DNA of 64,000 nucleotides from Betaproteobacteria bacterium (GTDB taxonomy: Bacteria; Pseudomonadota; Gammaproteobacteria; Burkholderiales; SG8-39), in contig SCTY01000056.1 in the NCBI GenBank assembly GCA_004297625.1, positions 71,843 through 135,842 on the forward strand, written 5' to 3'. The translations under genes were made by a program, and so were the position numbers. The notes under the pieces were generated by a model, which was not told the origin of the DNA, made no database searches, and saw only the letters and a program-made list of their open reading frames with translations. How positions within the stretch are numbered: position 1 is the first letter of the stretch; the number at the start of each line of letters is the position of its first letter. Shown piece after piece: positions 61,208 to 64,000 of this stretch.

Positions 61208-62037
61208 AACGCTCCGGACAGCCAACGCTTCACTACGCCGTCGACGATTTCACCGATCCGTGGAAGAACGCGCCTTGTCTCATCCTGCAGCACGGCTACG
61301 GCCGCTCGGGGGAATTCTGGACGAGCTGGGTGCCCTACCTGAGCCGCTTCTATCGCGTGGTGCGCCCGGATCTGCGCGGGCTGGGGCAGTCCGAGGCGCC
61401 CGCGGACCTGGAGTCCGGCTTGAGCGTCGCCAATTACATCGCGGACCTCGTGGCGCTCATCGACGCGCTCGGAGGGCCCGTGCACTACTGTGGCGAATCG
61501 CTCGGCGGCATCCTCGGCATGATGCTCGCGGCGGAGCATCCGGAGAAGCTGAGGAGCCTGAGCCTTGTGGCCGCGCCGCTGCTCATCAACCGGGACACGC
61601 AGCGCACCTTCGCCTTCGGCCATCCGACCTGGCAGGAGGCGCTGCGCAAGATGGGCTCGCGCGGCTGGGCCGACGCGGCGAACTCGGCGACGCGCTTTCC
61701 CGAGGGAACCGATGCGGGGCTCCTCGCCTGGTACGCCGACGAGATGGGCAAGTCGCGCGTGGAAGTGTTGATTCGGATGTCGCGCATCGCCTCGAGCGTC
61801 GACGCGACACCCTACCTTGCGCGCATCCGCACGCCGGCGCTCGGGCTCTATCCTGCACAGGCGCCGGTAACGATCCAGGAGCAGGAGAAAACCATCCGCG
61901 CGGGGATCCGCGGCATCCGCATGGTGCACGTGCCCTCGCGGCACCACACCATCCAGAACATCATGCCGGCGACGCTCGCGCGCCAGGTGCTGCACTTCAT
62001 CGCGCAGCTCGACGGGATCCTCTGCGACGAGGCCTAG
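61195..62037 (+). CDS. alpha/beta hydrolase
   Basis: 280 aa from ATG 61195 with LILQHGYG and the nucleophile elbow GESLGG. It overlaps the enolase-family gene by 13 nt. Confidence 0.85.
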   Translation: MPALKRSGQPTLHYAVDDFTDPWKNAPCLILQHGYGRSGEFWTSWVPYLSRFYRVVRPDLRGLGQSEAPADLESGLSVANYIADLVALIDALGGPVHYCGESLGGILGMMLAAEHPEKLRSLSLVAAPLLINRDTQRTFAFGHPTWQEALRKMGSRGWADAANSATRFPEGTDAGLLAWYADEMGKSRVEVLIRMSRIASSVDATPYLARIRTPALGLYPAQAPVTIQEQEKTIRAGIRGIRMVHVPSRHHTIQNIMPATLARQVLHFIAQLDGILCDEA

Positions 62038-63563
62038 CGCCCGGCGGCGAGGCGCTCGAGCGCCATCTCGCGCAGCCTGGCGCGCTGGATCTTCACGCCG
62101 TTCGCGCTCTCGGTGACCGGGAAGCGCTCGACGAACCACGCGCGCGCCGGCACCTTGAATGAGGCGAGTCTTTTCTTCGCCGTCGAAATGATTTCGTCCT
62201 CGGACACGCCGGAACCGATGACGAAAGCGACGCATCTCGGCTGGCCGGAGATGTCGACGCCCACCACCTGCACGTCCGCCACGCCCGGAATGCGCTTCAG
62301 CGCGTCTTCGATCTCCAGAGGGCTCACGAGGTAGCCGGCGAGGCGGAAGGCGTCGCCGCGGCGCGCCTCGAAGACGAAGCTGCCATCGCTACGCAGCCGG
62401 CCGATGTCGCCGGTGCGGAAGAAACCCTCCGCGTCGATCGCCTTTGCGGTCGCCTCGGGGTTCGCCCAGTAGCCGGCGAAGTTGCCGGGCGAGCGGATCT
62501 CGAGCTCGCCGCTCGCTCCCGGCGGCAGCCGCTCGCCGGAGTCCACGTCGCGCACGCGCAGCGTCGAAAGCTCGCCGGCGGCGGGATAGCCGCCCGCCTC
62601 GATGCGCTCGGCGAGCGGCGCAGCCGGCTTTTGCGCGGAGAAGAGCGCCTGCACTTCGCTCGAGCCGTACAGGCCGATGAGCGGCACGCGCCGTTGCCAC
62701 GCCGACTCGGCGAACTCGGCGGCGCCGGCCTGGAACGCGGCAAAGCCGAAGAAGCGCGCCGAGGGGAAGGGGTCATGGCCGGGCGCCAACTCGAGCATGC
62801 GCCGGTACATTTCGTCGCCGCCGAAGGTATGCGTAACCGCATGGCGGCGAGCCAGCTCGACCGCGGCTTTGGGCTCGAAGGCCTCCATGACGACGATCGG
62901 CGCGCCGGCCGCGAATGCGCCGAGGGTGCTGCAAAAGCCGTACACGCCGCAGAAGGGAATCGCGCACAGAAGCCGCGCGCCGGGCTCGTGGAAGCCGTAC
63001 GCGCGCGAGGTCTGCAGCGCGTGAAAGGCGATGGTGCGCTGCAGGTGCATGACGAGCTTCGGATTGCTCGTCGTGCCCGAAGTCGTGAACATGGCGAGCA
63101 CCGCATCCGGCGACGCACGGTTCGGCGTCTCGCGCTCCGGCCATTCGCGCGCATCGAGATGCACGACGCGCTCGAGCGTGCGCATCGCCGCCTTGTCGAC
63201 GCCGGCGAGAATCGCGGCGAAGTCGAGGTTGCGGAACTGCGGCTGCAGAACCAGCATGCGCGCCCCGGAATGGGCGAGGATGTGCTCCAGCTCCGCCGCG
63301 CGATAGCGCGTATTGACCGAGACCGCCGCGGCGCCGAGGCGCGCCAGCCCGAAAAGCAGCGCGAGCCATTCGATGCGGTTCACGAGCCACAGCGCCACGC
63401 GATCGCCGGGGCCGATGCCGTTGGCGTGCAGCCAGGCGGCGGCGCGCCGGCTGAGCGCGTCGAATTCCGCATAGCGGTAAGCGCGCCCGTCGGCGATGAA
63501 CGCCGTGGCCGTGGGCCGCTCTGCGAGATGGCGGTCCAGAAAATCGGTAAGCACCGGTATCAT
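62034..63563 (-). CDS. AMP-dependent synthetase/ligase (acyl-CoA synthetase family)
   Basis: 509 aa from ATG 63563. The AMP-binding motif is FTTSGTTSNPK, followed by GYGSSE-like LYGSSE, TGD and the C-terminal K. Confidence 0.9.
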   Translation of the reverse strand: MIPVLTDFLDRHLAERPTATAFIADGRAYRYAEFDALSRRAAAWLHANGIGPGDRVALWLVNRIEWLALLFGLARLGAAAVSVNTRYRAAELEHILAHSGARMLVLQPQFRNLDFAAILAGVDKAAMRTLERVVHLDAREWPERETPNRASPDAVLAMFTTSGTTSNPKLVMHLQRTIAFHALQTSRAYGFHEPGARLLCAIPFCGVYGFCSTLGAFAAGAPIVVMEAFEPKAAVELARRHAVTHTFGGDEMYRRMLELAPGHDPFPSARFFGFAAFQAGAAEFAESAWQRRVPLIGLYGSSEVQALFSAQKPAAPLAERIEAGGYPAAGELSTLRVRDVDSGERLPPGASGELEIRSPGNFAGYWANPEATAKAIDAEGFFRTGDIGRLRSDGSFVFEARRGDAFRLAGYLVSPLEIEDALKRIPGVADVQVVGVDISGQPRCVAFVIGSGVSEDEIISTAKKRLASFKVPARAWFVERFPVTESANGVKIQRARLREMALERLAAGR

Positions 63564-63581
63564 GGCCGGAGGAGGAGCGAC

Positions 63582-64000
63582 ATGAAATCGATCTTCATCA
63601 TAGCGTGCGCGCTGCTTGCCGCTGTTGCCGTGCCGGCAAGCGCGCAGAACTTTCCCGCGAAACCGGTGCGCCTGGTGGTGCCCTTCCCGCCGGGCGGCCC
63701 GGCCGACAGCCTGGGGCGCCTCCTCGCCGAGAAGCTCAAGCAATCCTGGGGCGAATCGGTCATTGTCGAGAACCGCGGCGGCGCGGGCGGCAACATCGGA
63801 GCCGAGGCGGTCGCGAAAGCTGCGCCCGACGGCTACACGCTGCTCCTCAACGCTTCGAACCACGTCATCAACTCGGCGCTGCTCGACAAGATGCCGTTCG
63901 ATCCGATCAAGGATTTCACGCCGATCACCGAGGTTGCCTCGTACATGCTGGTGCTGGTCGTGCATCCCTCGGTCCAGGCCAATTCGCTGCGCGAGCTGGT
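63582..64000 (+). CDS. Bug-family (TctC-like) tripartite tricarboxylate transporter substrate-binding protein, N-terminal part (3' end lies outside the window)
   Basis: My own translation gives MKSIFIIACALLAAVAVPASAQNFPAKPVRLVVPFPPGGPADSLGRLLAEKLKQSWGESVIVENRGGAGGNIGAEAVAKAAPDGYTLLL... The RBS GGAGGAG lies 4 nt upstream. It is not in the ORF track because it is open-ended. Confidence 0.85.
   Translation, partial: MKSIFIIACALLAAVAVPASAQNFPAKPVRLVVPFPPGGPADSLGRLLAEKLKQSWGESVIVENRGGAGGNIGAEAVAKAAPDGYTLLLNASNHVINSALLDKMPFDPIKDFTPITEVASYMLVLVVHPSVQANSLREL

Overview
A 64-kb, very GC-rich (roughly 68-70%), densely coding chromosomal segment. The gene content suggests a Betaproteobacteria/Burkholderiales-like organism: a Bug/TctC binding protein, a DUF2917-LysR divergent pair, a TAXI-TRAP transporter, and many stop/start-overlapping operons. 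This taxonomic call is an inference from gene content only. I support about 65 protein-coding genes, mostly metabolic. They include metY, a glutathione reductase redox operon, a TetR-led fadE/thiolase/hydroxyacyl-CoA dehydrogenase operon, kynA plus a kynureninase-like gene, ald, dtd, mnmC, mmsA, transporters and regulators. I found no rRNA, tRNA, CRISPR array, transposase or integrase. The most unusual feature is a 339-aa intein with a LAGLIDADG homing-endonuclease domain. It is inserted exactly inside the CX3CX2C iron-sulfur motif of a PA0069/SplB-like radical SAM gene (intein 5991-7007, host CDS 5154-7259, minus strand). Other observations worth a second look:
- A SelW/Rdx-like mini-ORF or relic with an in-frame TGA at the CxxU position, translationally coupled to the gor operon.
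- An adjacent FAD/Rieske oxidoreductase broken by an internal deletion and frameshift.
- A patch of abutting gene relics at 31.6-31.9 kb.
- A recurring promoter architecture in which -10-like hexamers lie 5-9 nt upstream of start codons (putative leaderless mRNAs). Three of these are back-to-back -10 pairs sharing a central TA in very short divergent intergenic regions.
- A 30-bp-arm inverted repeat abutting the metY start.
- Operator-like palindromes for the LysR and TetR regulators.
All functional calls rest on my own recognition of motifs in the supplied translations. No database search was run.
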